Notes: generated by a model not told the origin, from the letters alone. A stretch of DNA of 37,843 nt from Actinomycetota bacterium (GCA_016649855.1 JAENWQ010000001.1:1-37843), one strand, 5' to 3'. Counted from the stretch's first letter, positions 8,407 through 18,253 are shown. Numbers and translations are program-made.

Positions 8407-9413
8407 CCGAGAAGCCCCTCGGGGGGCCCGGCTATCCGGTGGTCGAGGCAGCCCTGGGTGCGATCGAGCGCTACCGGATGCTCGAGAAGGGGGATGTCGT
8501 CGTGGTTGCGGTGTCCGGGGGCCCGGATTCGGTCTGCTTGCTCGATGTCCTGCAGCGCATCTCCTCTCGGTTGGAGCTGACGATCCACGTAGCGCACGTC
8601 GATCACGGTCTGTCGGACGATTCCGAAACGATCGCCGGTCGCGTCGCCACCCGAGCCGCAGAGGCGGGGTTCGACGTGCACGTGGTGCGGGCACCGGATC
8701 TCGCCGGCCCCAACCTGCACGCACGGGCGCGCGAGTTCAGGTACGGGTTCTTCGACATCGTGTGCGAGCAAACGGGCGCCCGCGGTGTCGTAACCGGTCA
8801 CACCCTCGACGATCGCGCGGAGACGATCCTGGCCCGGTTGATCCACGGAGCGGGCACGGCGGTGCTCGCGGGAGTGAAGCCGGTGGACGGGAACAGATTG
8901 CGCCCTCTGCTCGAAGTAAGGCGTTCCGAAACGCGCGCCTATTGCGAGGAGGTGGTGCTCGAGTTCAACGACGACCCGGGCAACGATGACCTGAGGTTCG
9001 AGCGCGCAGCCGTTCGCAAGTTGTTGATCGGTCCGATCCAGGAGCACTGGGGGGAAGGCGCGATCCGCGCGATCGCGATGAGCGCGGAACGCCTTGCGGA
9101 AGATGCGGGGGCGCTCGCGGGGATCGCAGACCGTCTGTATGCCGATCTTGTTTCCGAGGACGACCCGACTTTCGATCGTGCCGCGCTGGTGGCGCTCCCG
9201 AGAGCGGTACGGAGGCGTCTCCTCGAGGCCGCCGTCGGGCGGGTGCGTGACCGCTCGGCCGGGATCGACGAGGTCCTCGATGCCCTGGACGCCGACCCGA
9301 AGGCGGGGGCCAGGTACGCGCTTCCCGGGGGCCGCGAGATCGTGATCGAGAAGGATCGTGTGGTCGTCCTGAATCCGGCCTCCGCCGGCGATGGCGACGA
9401 GGACGAGGCCTAG
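8403..9413 (+). CDS. tilS: tRNA(Ile)-lysidine synthetase
   Basis: PP-loop motif VAVSGGPDSVCLL, 336 aa, located upstream of hpt and ftsH. Confidence 0.9.
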   Translation: MTEKPLGGPGYPVVEAALGAIERYRMLEKGDVVVVAVSGGPDSVCLLDVLQRISSRLELTIHVAHVDHGLSDDSETIAGRVATRAAEAGFDVHVVRAPDLAGPNLHARAREFRYGFFDIVCEQTGARGVVTGHTLDDRAETILARLIHGAGTAVLAGVKPVDGNRLRPLLEVRRSETRAYCEEVVLEFNDDPGNDDLRFERAAVRKLLIGPIQEHWGEGAIRAIAMSAERLAEDAGALAGIADRLYADLVSEDDPTFDRAALVALPRAVRRRLLEAAVGRVRDRSAGIDEVLDALDADPKAGARYALPGGREIVIEKDRVVVLNPASAGDGDEDEA

Positions 9414-9429
9414 TGCCTCGGCATAGGAT

Positions 9430-10002
9430 GTGCCGATGACCCAGGACCCCCACCCAGATATCGAGAAGGTCCTGATAAGCGCGGACGACATCGACGAGAT
9501 GATCGCCCGGCTCGCGAAGCAGATCACCGAGGACTACCGGGACAAGGATCTCTTGCTCGTCGGCGTTCTCAAGGGTGCCTTCGTGTTCATGGCGGACCTT
9601 GCGCGGGGGATCGACCTCCCGATCGAATTTGACTTCATGGCGGTGTCGTCCTATGGGTCGGCGACCAAGTCGTCCGGGGTCGTGAGGATCATGAAGGACC
9701 TCGACTACGAGATCACCGGGCGCCATGTCCTCTTGATCGAGGACATCATCGACTCCGGCCTGACGATCAACTATCTGCTTCGCTACCTCGAAGCGCGTCA
9801 GCCGGCGTCGCTCGAGATCTGCTCGTTGTTCTGGAAGAAGGGCGAGCAGGCGGTGCCGATGGAGGTGAAGTACCCCGGATTCGAGATCCCACCGGTCTTC
9901 ATCGTCGGCTACGGCCTCGACTATGCCGAGAAGTACCGCAACCTGCCGTACATCGGCGTGCTAAAACCGTCTGCCTACGGGGCCGAACCCCCGCCCGAGT
10001 AG
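9430..10002 (+). CDS. hpt: Hypoxanthine phosphoribosyltransferase
   Basis: 190 aa with PRPP-binding motif [13 protein letters not shown] and C-terminal [17 protein letters not shown]. Confidence 0.92.
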   Translation: MPMTQDPHPDIEKVLISADDIDEMIARLAKQITEDYRDKDLLLVGVLKGAFVFMADLARGIDLPIEFDFMAVSSYGSATKSSGVVRIMKDLDYEITGRHVLLIEDIIDSGLTINYLLRYLEARQPASLEICSLFWKKGEQAVPMEVKYPGFEIPPVFIVGYGLDYAEKYRNLPYIGVLKPSAYGAEPPPE

Positions 10003-10064
10003 GCGCCGGAGGGCGCCCCACAGAGGGTTCCCTACAAACAGGGGACTGCTACCCTTGGGCCATC

Positions 10065-12005
10065 ATGAATCGAATCTTTAGATCCGCGATCTTCTATCTC
10101 ATCCTCATCATCGCCGTCGTCTGGGTGTTCCAGCTCTATCGCGGCGGCGCCGATCGCCCCCAGCAGCTCGAGTCCGTCAACCAGTGGCACGGGCTGATCG
10201 AGGACAGTCAGGTCGACACGGCCAAATTCCTTACGAAAGAAGAGAGCGTCCAGGGCGAGCTTGCCGACGGGACCTCGTACGAGCTGTTCCTACCGACCGG
10301 AACCGTGGCCGAGCACTCCGAGTTCGCTCGCGAAGCGGGCGTCGACGTCTCAGCCGACCCGCAGCAGGGTTCGGTGCTCTTGTCCGTCCTGTTCCAGTTC
10401 CTGCCGATCCTGATCATCGTCGGGTTCTTCTTCTTCCTGATGCAGCAGATGCAGGGTGGAGGCAACCGTGTGATGTCCTTCGGGAAATCGAAGGCGCGCC
10501 TCGTATCCAAGGATCAGCCCAAGATCACGTTCGCGGATGTCGCCGGGCTCGACGAGGCGATCGAAGAGCTCGAGGAGATCAAGGATTTCCTCGAGTCTCC
10601 GCAGAGGTTCCAGGCGATGGGCGCCAAGATCCCCAAGGGTGTCTTGTTGTTCGGTCCGCCGGGGACCGGCAAGACCCTCCTGGCCCGCGCCGTCGCGGGT
10701 GAGGCAGGAGTTCCCTATTTCTCGATCTCGGGTTCCGACTTCGTCGAGATGTTCGTGGGCGTCGGCGCGAGCCGGGTACGCGACCTTTTCGAGCAAGCGA
10801 AGGCGAGCTCACCGGCCATCATCTTCATGGACGAGATCGACGCGGTCGGTCGTCACCGAGGTGCGGGGATGGGCGGCGGCCACGACGAGCGCGAGCAGAC
10901 CCTGAACCAGTTGCTCGTCGAGATGGATGGCTTCGATGCGAAGTCCGGGGTCATCTTGATCGCCGCGACCAACCGACCCGACATCCTCGACCCCGCGCTC
11001 CTCCGGCCGGGTCGCTTCGACCGGCAGATCGTCGTGGATCGCCCCGATCTGATCGGACGAACGGGGATCCTGAAGGTCCACACGCGCGGCAAGCCGCTCG
11101 CCAAGGAGATCGACATCGAGGTCCTGGCGCGCCGGACCCCCGGGTTCACCGGCGCCGACCTGGCCAACGTCGTTAACGAAGCCGCGCTCCTCGCGGCTCG
11201 GTTCAACAAGACCGAGATCGCCATGGAAGAGCTCGAAGAAGCGATCGATCGCGTGCTCGCAGGTCCGCAGCGCAGGAGCCGTGTGATCTCCGATCACGAG
11301 AAGAAGGTCATCGCTTACCACGAATCCGGTCACGCACTCGTGAGCCACGCCCTTCCCAATGCGGATCCGGTGCATAAGGTTTCGATCGTGGCACGTGGAC
11401 GTGCGCTCGGTTACACGCTTACGCTTCCGACCGAAGATCGTTTCCTCGTCACTCGAAGCGAGCTGATCGATCAGCTCGCGATGCTGCTCGGGGGCCGGGT
11501 GGCGGAGGAACTCGTATTCGATGAGCCGACCACCGGTGCCTCGGACGACATCCAGCGGTGCACCCGTATCGCCAAACAGATGGTGACGCAGTATGGGATG
11601 TCCAACCTCGGGCCACTGGCGCTCGGCGAGAGCGACTCACAGCCGTTCCTTGGACGCGACTTCGGGCATATGAAGGACTACTCGGACGACGTTGCTGCGA
11701 AGATCGACGAAGAGATCCACCGTCTTGTCGAAGAGGCGCATGACGAAGCGCGCGAGATCCTCACCAAGTATCGGGACAAGCTCGATCTCATGAGCGAGCG
11801 ACTTCTCGAGAAGGAATCACTCGAGAAGGAAGAGGTCGCCGAGATCCTCGCCGAGGTCGCCAAGCAGTTCCCCGACAACCCGGTCGAGCGTGCCCGGATC
11901 CGCCGGGAACAGCGTCGCGAAGAGACCGGCGATGTCGTGGGCCCCTCGGGGAGCCCGAAGAAGTCGCGGCTGCCCCGCCTGAAGCCGGGCCTCGGCGAAG
12001 CCTGA
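10065..12005 (+). CDS. ftsH: ATP-dependent zinc metalloprotease FtsH
   Basis: 646 aa with N-terminal TM helices, Walker [12 protein letters not shown] region and zinc site HESGHAL. Confidence 0.97.
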   Translation: MNRIFRSAIFYLILIIAVVWVFQLYRGGADRPQQLESVNQWHGLIEDSQVDTAKFLTKEESVQGELADGTSYELFLPTGTVAEHSEFAREAGVDVSADPQQGSVLLSVLFQFLPILIIVGFFFFLMQQMQGGGNRVMSFGKSKARLVSKDQPKITFADVAGLDEAIEELEEIKDFLESPQRFQAMGAKIPKGVLLFGPPGTGKTLLARAVAGEAGVPYFSISGSDFVEMFVGVGASRVRDLFEQAKASSPAIIFMDEIDAVGRHRGAGMGGGHDEREQTLNQLLVEMDGFDAKSGVILIAATNRPDILDPALLRPGRFDRQIVVDRPDLIGRTGILKVHTRGKPLAKEIDIEVLARRTPGFTGADLANVVNEAALLAARFNKTEIAMEELEEAIDRVLAGPQRRSRVISDHEKKVIAYHESGHALVSHALPNADPVHKVSIVARGRALGYTLTLPTEDRFLVTRSELIDQLAMLLGGRVAEELVFDEPTTGASDDIQRCTRIAKQMVTQYGMSNLGPLALGESDSQPFLGRDFGHMKDYSDDVAAKIDEEIHRLVEEAHDEAREILTKYRDKLDLMSERLLEKESLEKEEVAEILAEVAKQFPDNPVERARIRREQRREETGDVVGPSGSPKKSRLPRLKPGLGEA

Positions 12006-12062
12006 CCCCGGCCCAGCACCGAGTGCACCGAACCGTCTCATCCACTCGATACGCTTGCCCCC

Positions 12063-13652
12063 ATGAGCGCGGAGTTTGAGGCTGGCCGGCAGATCGATCA
12101 GGGAGCGATCGAGAAGGCCGTGAGCGAGATCCTCGAGGCCATCGGTGAGGATCCACATCGGGATGGGCTGGTCGATACGCCGCGTCGTGTCGCCGCGATG
12201 TACGCCGAGATCTTCGCGGGCATCCACGAAGATCCGAAGGATCATCTCGATGTTGTTTTCGAGGCGAATCACGACGAGATGATCCTCGTGAAGGACATAC
12301 CTCTGTATTCGATGTGCGTCCCCTCCAAAGAGCGCCTAAATACTCCGTTCGGTGTCACAAGGGCATCCGACGTCAAGTTGGGGGACCGCCTGTTTGCTTT
12401 TGACGATGAGGGTCGGCTAGTACAAACGACGGTCACGTCCATCGGATGGAGAAGAGCCGCTGAGGTGGTCGAGCTGACGGCCGGTCCATTGAAACTGCGG
12501 GTAACTCCCGAGCATCCGATTCAGACCCCCGATGGTTGGAGATCCGCTGGCTCCCTCCAAGCCAGCGACAAGATCGCAGGCGTCGAGCCGAGGAAGCTAT
12601 GCCAGTCGCGGTGGCCCGTCATAGAGGGGTATGCGCTCGGCTATGCCCTGGGGACAATCGGGAGCGATGGAAGCGTTCAAGACGGACGGCGTGTTTCGGT
12701 TGTCGTCAATGACCTGGCCTTCGCGACCCGATTTGCTCGTTCGCTGAACGTCGCCTTCGGCATCGAACGTCCGGTCGAACCCATCATGGTCCCCAGTGGT
12801 TACCTTGGCCGCGACGTCCAGATGTATCGGGTTCGCTTCGTTTCCCGACGGGTAGCTTCGCTAGTACTTCATTGGTTTGGAGGATCGAAGGCGACGAAGG
12901 AGTTCCATTTCCCGTGGGTAGTTCTTCGCTCCAAGGAAATGATGGACGGTTTCCTGGACGGCTATGTCGACGGTGACGGGTGCGCCGTCAAGTCGCAGCC
13001 GGGAGCCCGGATGATCATCACCAGCAATGAACACTTCGCGGAGGAGCTCGCTGATGTGATCGGGATACCGGTGGGGACTGGTTCAAGGGAGGGAATGTTC
13101 AAGCTCTACCTTTCTAAGGAATGGCATCTACCCAAGTACGGGCGCAAGGGCTTCCGCTCGAAAGACGTTCCGCTCTTGCCGCCGGACGCCGAATGGTGGG
13201 AGCTTGATTCAATTGAACGAGTGCCTCAAGGGGGGACGAAGCCTTTCCGTGTTTATAGCTTTGAGTGTCGGCCTTATCCCAGCTTCCTGGTTGGCGGCGT
13301 CCACACGCATAATTGTGAACATCACACCATTCCGTTTTTTGGCAAAGCTCATGTTGCTTACATCCCGAATAAGAAGGGCCAGATAACCGGTCTCTCCAAG
13401 ATCGCTCGCATGATCGACGTTCTATCCAAGCGGCCACAGGTCCAGGAGAGATTGACCACTCAGATCGCGAGCGCGCTTGAAGAAGCGCTGGAGCCGCGAG
13501 GCGTGCTTGTTGTCATCGAAGCCGAGCACCTCTGCATGAGCATGCGAGGGATCAGGAAGCCCGGAACCTCGACCGTGACTTCCGCCGTCAGGGGAATCTT
13601 CCGGACCAACGACGCCACGCGGGCGGAGGCCATGGGCCTCATCTTTCATTAG
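12063..13652 (+). CDS. folE: GTP cyclohydrolase I precursor interrupted by an in-frame intein (exteins 12063..12314 and 13314..13652)
   Basis: 529 aa, against about 190-220 aa for typical FolE. The N-part ends ...[11 protein letters not shown] and the C-part starts [32 protein letters not shown]. Joined, they restore the conserved FolE core (196 aa). Confidence 0.9.
   Translation: MSAEFEAGRQIDQGAIEKAVSEILEAIGEDPHRDGLVDTPRRVAAMYAEIFAGIHEDPKDHLDVVFEANHDEMILVKDIPLYSMCVPSKERLNTPFGVTRASDVKLGDRLFAFDDEGRLVQTTVTSIGWRRAAEVVELTAGPLKLRVTPEHPIQTPDGWRSAGSLQASDKIAGVEPRKLCQSRWPVIEGYALGYALGTIGSDGSVQDGRRVSVVVNDLAFATRFARSLNVAFGIERPVEPIMVPSGYLGRDVQMYRVRFVSRRVASLVLHWFGGSKATKEFHFPWVVLRSKEMMDGFLDGYVDGDGCAVKSQPGARMIITSNEHFAEELADVIGIPVGTGSREGMFKLYLSKEWHLPKYGRKGFRSKDVPLLPPDAEWWELDSIERVPQGGTKPFRVYSFECRPYPSFLVGGVHTHNCEHHTIPFFGKAHVAYIPNKKGQITGLSKIARMIDVLSKRPQVQERLTTQIASALEEALEPRGVLVVIEAEHLCMSMRGIRKPGTSTVTSAVRGIFRTNDATRAEAMGLIFH
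12315..13313 (+). mobile_element. Full-size class-1 intein with LAGLIDADG homing endonuclease, inserted in folE
   Basis: 333 aa. Cys1 (CVPSKERL...), block B TPEHP, two dodecapeptide motifs ([14 protein letters not shown] and [12 protein letters not shown]), block [23 protein letters not shown], followed by Cys+1. GC is about 48-55% in hand-counted 60-nt lines, against 65-77% in flanking genes. Confidence 0.88.
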
Positions 13653-13656
13653 TTCT

Positions 13657-13686
13657 GCGGATCGTCGAGACGATCCGCTTCTGTGT
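13657..13686 (+). terminator. Hairpin after folE (9-bp stem, 4-nt loop) with a weak T-rich tail
   Basis: gcggatcgt-cgag-acgatccgc followed by ttctgtgt, starting 5 nt after the folE stop codon. Confidence 0.4.
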
Positions 13687-13752
13687 CCCCGGCGGCCTGA
13701 TCTGGCATCGAGTCCCCGGCCGGGTGCCTGATCTGGCATTGCGTCTCCGGCC
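13686..13752 (+). repeat. Imperfect tandem repeat (~27-31 bp units, 2.3 copies) in the folE-folP spacer
   Basis: Units are tccccggcg-gcctgatctggcat-cgag, then tccccggccgggt-gcctgatctggcat-tgcg, then tctccggcc. The 14-mer gcctgatctggcat is exact at 13695-13708 and 13726-13739. Confidence 0.9.
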
Positions 13753-13764
13753 TAGACTCTGCTG

Positions 13765-14598
13765 ATGGAACTGTTGATGCGGGGCCACTCGCTGTCTCTG
13801 GATCGGTGTGTCGTGATGGGGGTGCTGAACGTCACCCCCGATTCCTTCTCCGACGGTGGGCTCTGGTTCGACCATCAGAGCGCGATCAAGCACGGGGTCG
13901 AGATGGTCGCTCAGGGGGCCGGGATCATCGATGTCGGCGGGGAATCCACGCGCCCCGGCTCCGAACCCGTGCCGGAGGACGAGGAACTACGCAGGGTGAT
14001 GCCGGTCATCGAGGCTCTCGTCGCCGAGATCGACGTCCCGCTCTCCATCGATACACGCAAGGCCTCGGTGGCGATGGCCGCCGTCGAAGCAGGTGCTCGT
14101 ATCGTCAACGACACCTCCGGCGAGACGGCCGATGAAGAGATGGGTTCGGTGGCCGTCGAGACGGGTGCCGCGATCGTCGTGATGCACTCCCGCGGCACGC
14201 CGGCGACGATGCGTTCGTTGACCGAGTACGGGGACGTCGTCGCTGATGTCGGCGCGTTCCTCGAGGGCCGGGCGCACGAGCTCGAGGCGATGGGTGTGGA
14301 CCACCGTTCGATCGTTCTCGATCCAGGTTATGGATTCGCCAAGACGCCGCTTCAGAACCTCACGATGCTCAGGAGGATCGACGAGCACCTCGAGCTCGGG
14401 TATCCGCTTCTCGCCGGCACCTCCAGGAAGTCGTTCATCGGTGCCACCTTGGACCTGCCCGAGGAGCAGCGCCTCGAAGGCACCGCGGCGACCGTCGCGT
14501 GGGCTGTGTCGAAGGGAGCACAGATGGTCCGGGTCCACGACGTGGAGGCGATGGTGCGGACGGTGAGGATGATCGAAGCGATCACGAATGCGCAATGA
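13765..14598 (+). CDS. folP: Dihydropteroate synthase
   Basis: Motifs GVLNVTPDSFSDGG, IIDVGGESTRPG and GTSRKSFIG. The start could also be the ATG at 13777. Confidence 0.93.
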   Translation: MELLMRGHSLSLDRCVVMGVLNVTPDSFSDGGLWFDHQSAIKHGVEMVAQGAGIIDVGGESTRPGSEPVPEDEELRRVMPVIEALVAEIDVPLSIDTRKASVAMAAVEAGARIVNDTSGETADEEMGSVAVETGAAIVVMHSRGTPATMRSLTEYGDVVADVGAFLEGRAHELEAMGVDHRSIVLDPGYGFAKTPLQNLTMLRRIDEHLELGYPLLAGTSRKSFIGATLDLPEEQRLEGTAATVAWAVSKGAQMVRVHDVEAMVRTVRMIEAITNAQ

Positions 14599-14608
14599 GG
14601 ACAAAGTC

Positions 14609-14965
14609 ATGAGTGATGCCATCAAGATCTCGGAGCTGATCGTCGACGCCCGCATCGGGGTGAGTGACGAGGAGCGCGCCGTCACGCGGCCGCTGAGGAT
14701 CGACATCTCGATGACCACCGACACGAGCGCGGCCGGCCAGAGCGATGATCTCGAGGAAACCGTCGGCTACGACGTGGTCGTGGTGGCGGTCGCTGACCTG
14801 GTCAGGGCCCGGGCGCGGAAGCTCCTCGAGCACCTGGCCGAGGAGATTGCGGCCCTGATACTCACATTCGATGGCGTCTCCTCCGTTACGGTAGAGGTGG
14901 AAAAGGGAAACCCTCCGATCGAAGAGAACATCCGAGCGGTTTCGGTACGCATCACCCGGCCGTAA
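14609..14965 (+). CDS. folB: Dihydroneopterin aldolase
   Basis: ATG at 14609 preceded by gagga. N-terminus MSDAIKISELIVDARIGVSDEER resembles the usual FolB start. Lies between folP and folK. The ORF track's 14588 start overlaps folP. Confidence 0.85.
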   Translation: MSDAIKISELIVDARIGVSDEERAVTRPLRIDISMTTDTSAAGQSDDLEETVGYDVVVVAVADLVRARARKLLEHLAEEIAALILTFDGVSSVTVEVEKGNPPIEENIRAVSVRITRP

Positions 14966-14984
14966 ACCGTCCGAGAGAGGCCCC

Positions 14985-15470
14985 ATGGTCACGTCTTACA
15001 TAGCGATCGGATCGAACGTAGGAGAACGAAGAACGTTCTGCCGGGAGGCGGTCGCGTTCCTCGGTGAGACTCCGGGCGTCGACGTCATCGCGACCTCGAG
15101 TCTGTATGAAACCTCCCCCGTGGGTGGCCCCCCTCAACGCTCGTTCGTGAACGCCGTGGTGAAGATCGAGACCTCTCTGTCTCCTCGGGCACTACTCGAT
15201 CTCTGCAAGAGGATCGAGGCTCGCCTCGGCCGGGAGCCCGGAGATCTCAGGTGGGGGCCGCGGGTCGCCGATCTCGACGTTCTCCTCTTCGACGACGTGA
15301 AGGTCAACGAACCCGATCTCGAGATCCCTCACCCGCGCATGACCACCAGGGCTTTCGTGCTCATCCCTCTGATCGAGATCGATCCCGAGGTCGCCGACCC
15401 GTGGGGGATGCCCTACAGAGATCTCGTCGACGAGGCCGAGGGTGACGTGCGTCTGATGGAGCCGTTCTAA
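14985..15470 (+). CDS. folK: 2-amino-4-hydroxy-6-hydroxymethyldihydropteridine diphosphokinase
   Basis: 161 aa with AIGSN.G, YETSPVG, WGPRVADLDVLLF and IPHPRM..RAFVL motifs. Confidence 0.92.
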   Translation: MVTSYIAIGSNVGERRTFCREAVAFLGETPGVDVIATSSLYETSPVGGPPQRSFVNAVVKIETSLSPRALLDLCKRIEARLGREPGDLRWGPRVADLDVLLFDDVKVNEPDLEIPHPRMTTRAFVLIPLIEIDPEVADPWGMPYRDLVDEAEGDVRLMEPF

Positions 15471-15475
15471 GAGTC

Positions 15476-18175
15476 ATGCGTAAGGCTCTGGCTGTGTCGG
15501 CAACAACTGCTCTCCTACTCGGTCTGCTTGCTGTGGTACCGGTCTCGGCCCGAAGCGATCGACCCAATGTCGTTCCGGGACGCTCCACTTCCACTCCTTC
15601 GTTCGTGACGGGGATCGAGACGGCTCCGCGCACGGGCTCGCCGGCAGATGTGGCGCGGTCATACCTCCGCGATAACGCCGGCCGTTACGGGATCAGCGAT
15701 ACCGACAACGATCTCGAGGTGCTCGCCGTAGCGAGGAAGGGTGCGCGGGCTATGGTGCGTTTCGGCCAGCGATACCAGGGCGTAGAGGTGTTCGGCGCTC
15801 AGTATCTCGTGCACATGGTCAAGGAGGATGGCGGTTACGCGGTCACCTCGACGAATGGTCACTACTTCACGAACATCAGTACGTCAACCACACCACGTTT
15901 CGATGCCGCAGCGGCCAAGCATCTGGCGACCGCTCGTGCGCGTCGCAACATCAAGGTGTCCAAAGTCGACTCGCATCCGCTAACGATCCTGCCCGACGGC
16001 ACCGGCGCTCTCGCGTATCACTTCACCGTGTGGGGCTCGACGCTGAGGGGGGGCCCGGTCAAGTACGAGATGTTCCTCGACGCCCGCACCGGCGGCATCG
16101 CGTTCATGTTCGACAACCTGCAGCACGACACCATCCAGGGCCAGGATTCACATGATGATCTGGTTCCGCTCGAGGTCACCACCACCACCGGGACATCGAC
16201 GTGGGAATTAAGGGACCAGTCACGCAGCATGTTCGAAACCGGTGGTGGGGAGATCACCACACACGATGTCAGGGGAGATCTCGATTACACCGGTACGGAC
16301 GCGAACATGGTCGTCGCCTCGGCCGACCCCTTCACCGACGATCGGTCCGCCTCCGAGGCTCACTGGGGCGCGGGAGTGACCTACGACTTCTACGAGTCGC
16401 TCGGGCGCAGCTCCATCAACGGGAACCCACTCGCGCCCCTCTCGATCAAGTCCTCGGTCCACTTCGAGGAGGTTCCGGGAGAGGGCTACTGCAACGCGTT
16501 CTGGGATGGAACCCAGATGGTTTACGGAGACTGCCTGCTGGCGGAGGGCGAGACCTATCCACTCACGGCGGATCTCGACATCGTCGGGCACGAGCTGACC
16601 CACGGAGTTACCCAGTACACCGCGAACCTCGTGTACGCGAACCAGTCCGGGGCGATGAACGAAGGCATTTCCGACTACTTCGGCAACGCGATCGATGCCA
16701 ATGCCAACAGTCTCGACCTGTCGGACCCCACTGCCGGTTACCTCGCCGAGGATCTGTGTCAAAGCGACACACCACCTCCTCCGATCGAGACGGCCAGCGG
16801 CTGGCGTTGTCCGGAGCGCGACCTGAACGACGGGCGGACGACCGACGACTTCATCTACTACCTGATCGACTTCGACAACGGCGGTGTGCACCTGAACTCC
16901 ACGATCTACGCCGGGGCGCTGTGGGACTTTCGTGAGGCGCTCGACGCGACCGACGAGCAGGGGGGTAGCGACCGGGCGGACGCATACGTCTACAAGGCGC
17001 TTGCCGATTTCATGACGCCCCTCGATGACTTCGTCGACGGACGCACCGCTCTGATCGAAGCGATCACCGAGCTCGGTCGCCCGACCATGGTCGATGACCT
17101 CGCTGCCGCGAACGCGGCGTTCGATGGGAAGGGCATCGTGGCCGGCTGGGACACCGAACCAGGCAACGACGCCACGATCCTCGTCGAGGACGTTCTACCG
17201 GTCGGGTTCCTCATCTCCCCACCTCAGGTGAGCGGCAAGAGGTTCATCATCGGGGACTACGGGGACAAGGAGCAGGCGTGTTGTGTTGCCGAGCAGATCT
17301 TCGTCGGCAACACCTCCGTCCCGGTCGACTACACGAAGGTGAGCTTCGACCAAGCCGACGCGCTGAACGACGAGACACCCGACCTTGGAGGGAGGCAGGC
17401 GGTCTGGGCTCACCTGCGCGCGGCTCCGTCCGGCGCTCTCGACTTCGACATCAACGGTCGCAAGATCGGGACCAACAAGAAGCAGCACCTGGCCGGTGGC
17501 AAGGGCTTCCAGTGGTTCCCGTCCATCTGGGGCAGATTGCTCGCCTGGGAGGACACCCGTGGAGACGGCGACATCTATGCCAGGAAGATCGGCGGCAAGG
17601 CGCGGAGGCTGACCGGCGCCGGCTTGCAGATGAACCCACAGGTGCAGGGGAACTGGATCGTCTGGCAGGACCTCAAGGGCGGTACCAACATCGGGATGTA
17701 CAACTGGAAAACGAAGAAGACCAAGACGATCAAAGCCTCCGAAATCAGTTACTTCGGTCCTCCGGGGACGGGACCCGGCTACGTGTACTGGTACGAGGAC
17801 GTTGACGGAAAAGATGGCTTCGGAGCGATCAGGCGGGCCCGCTTCGGCTCGTCCACGGTCGAGACCGTCGTGAAGGAGAACGATCCGAACTCTCCGTGGT
17901 GGTTCGCCAACACGGGTCAACTGATCCCGTCGGCCAACAAGAAGTACGTGACCTATTACGACGAGTGGGCGTTCCTCGGCGGCCCGGGCGGATCCATCGT
18001 CGATACCAGAGAGATCGGGCGCGACGTCTGGATCGTCAAGACCTCCGGAGGTTCGCCGCAGAAGATCAGTCAGAACATCGGCGATCAGGCTTACCCCGCG
18101 GCCCTGTCCGGAAGGGCTCGCAAGGCCATGTGGATCGATTCGTCGCAAGGCCGGTCTGACCTGATGAGGAACTGA
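15476..18175 (+). CDS. Secreted thermolysin-family (M4) zinc metalloprotease with a long C-terminal repeat extension (beta-propeller-like)
   Basis: Signal peptide, then propeptide-like N-region, then HExxH (VGHELTHGV) plus the downstream NEGISDYFG glutamate motif diagnostic of M4. About 330 C-terminal residues carry repeated W.D.(R/K)GG.DIY-like units. Confidence 0.85.
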   Translation: MRKALAVSATTALLLGLLAVVPVSARSDRPNVVPGRSTSTPSFVTGIETAPRTGSPADVARSYLRDNAGRYGISDTDNDLEVLAVARKGARAMVRFGQRYQGVEVFGAQYLVHMVKEDGGYAVTSTNGHYFTNISTSTTPRFDAAAAKHLATARARRNIKVSKVDSHPLTILPDGTGALAYHFTVWGSTLRGGPVKYEMFLDARTGGIAFMFDNLQHDTIQGQDSHDDLVPLEVTTTTGTSTWELRDQSRSMFETGGGEITTHDVRGDLDYTGTDANMVVASADPFTDDRSASEAHWGAGVTYDFYESLGRSSINGNPLAPLSIKSSVHFEEVPGEGYCNAFWDGTQMVYGDCLLAEGETYPLTADLDIVGHELTHGVTQYTANLVYANQSGAMNEGISDYFGNAIDANANSLDLSDPTAGYLAEDLCQSDTPPPPIETASGWRCPERDLNDGRTTDDFIYYLIDFDNGGVHLNSTIYAGALWDFREALDATDEQGGSDRADAYVYKALADFMTPLDDFVDGRTALIEAITELGRPTMVDDLAAANAAFDGKGIVAGWDTEPGNDATILVEDVLPVGFLISPPQVSGKRFIIGDYGDKEQACCVAEQIFVGNTSVPVDYTKVSFDQADALNDETPDLGGRQAVWAHLRAAPSGALDFDINGRKIGTNKKQHLAGGKGFQWFPSIWGRLLAWEDTRGDGDIYARKIGGKARRLTGAGLQMNPQVQGNWIVWQDLKGGTNIGMYNWKTKKTKTIKASEISYFGPPGTGPGYVYWYEDVDGKDGFGAIRRARFGSSTVETVVKENDPNSPWWFANTGQLIPSANKKYVTYYDEWAFLGGPGGSIVDTREIGRDVWIVKTSGGSPQKISQNIGDQAYPAALSGRARKAMWIDSSQGRSDLMRN

Positions 18176-18253
18176 ACCAGGCGAAACATGGTCCATGTTT
18201 CGTTCGCCTATGCTTCGCTCCCGACCGGTACCCCCCGTGGACTGGAGCGAGAC

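Noticed and set aside
13114-13437. Short ORFs inside the intein region, 13114..13437(-) and 13204..13386(+), as possible free-standing endonuclease or accessory genes.
   Set aside because: The LAGLIDADG endonuclease is encoded in frame within the intein itself. These ORFs have no motifs and arise from the locally lower GC.
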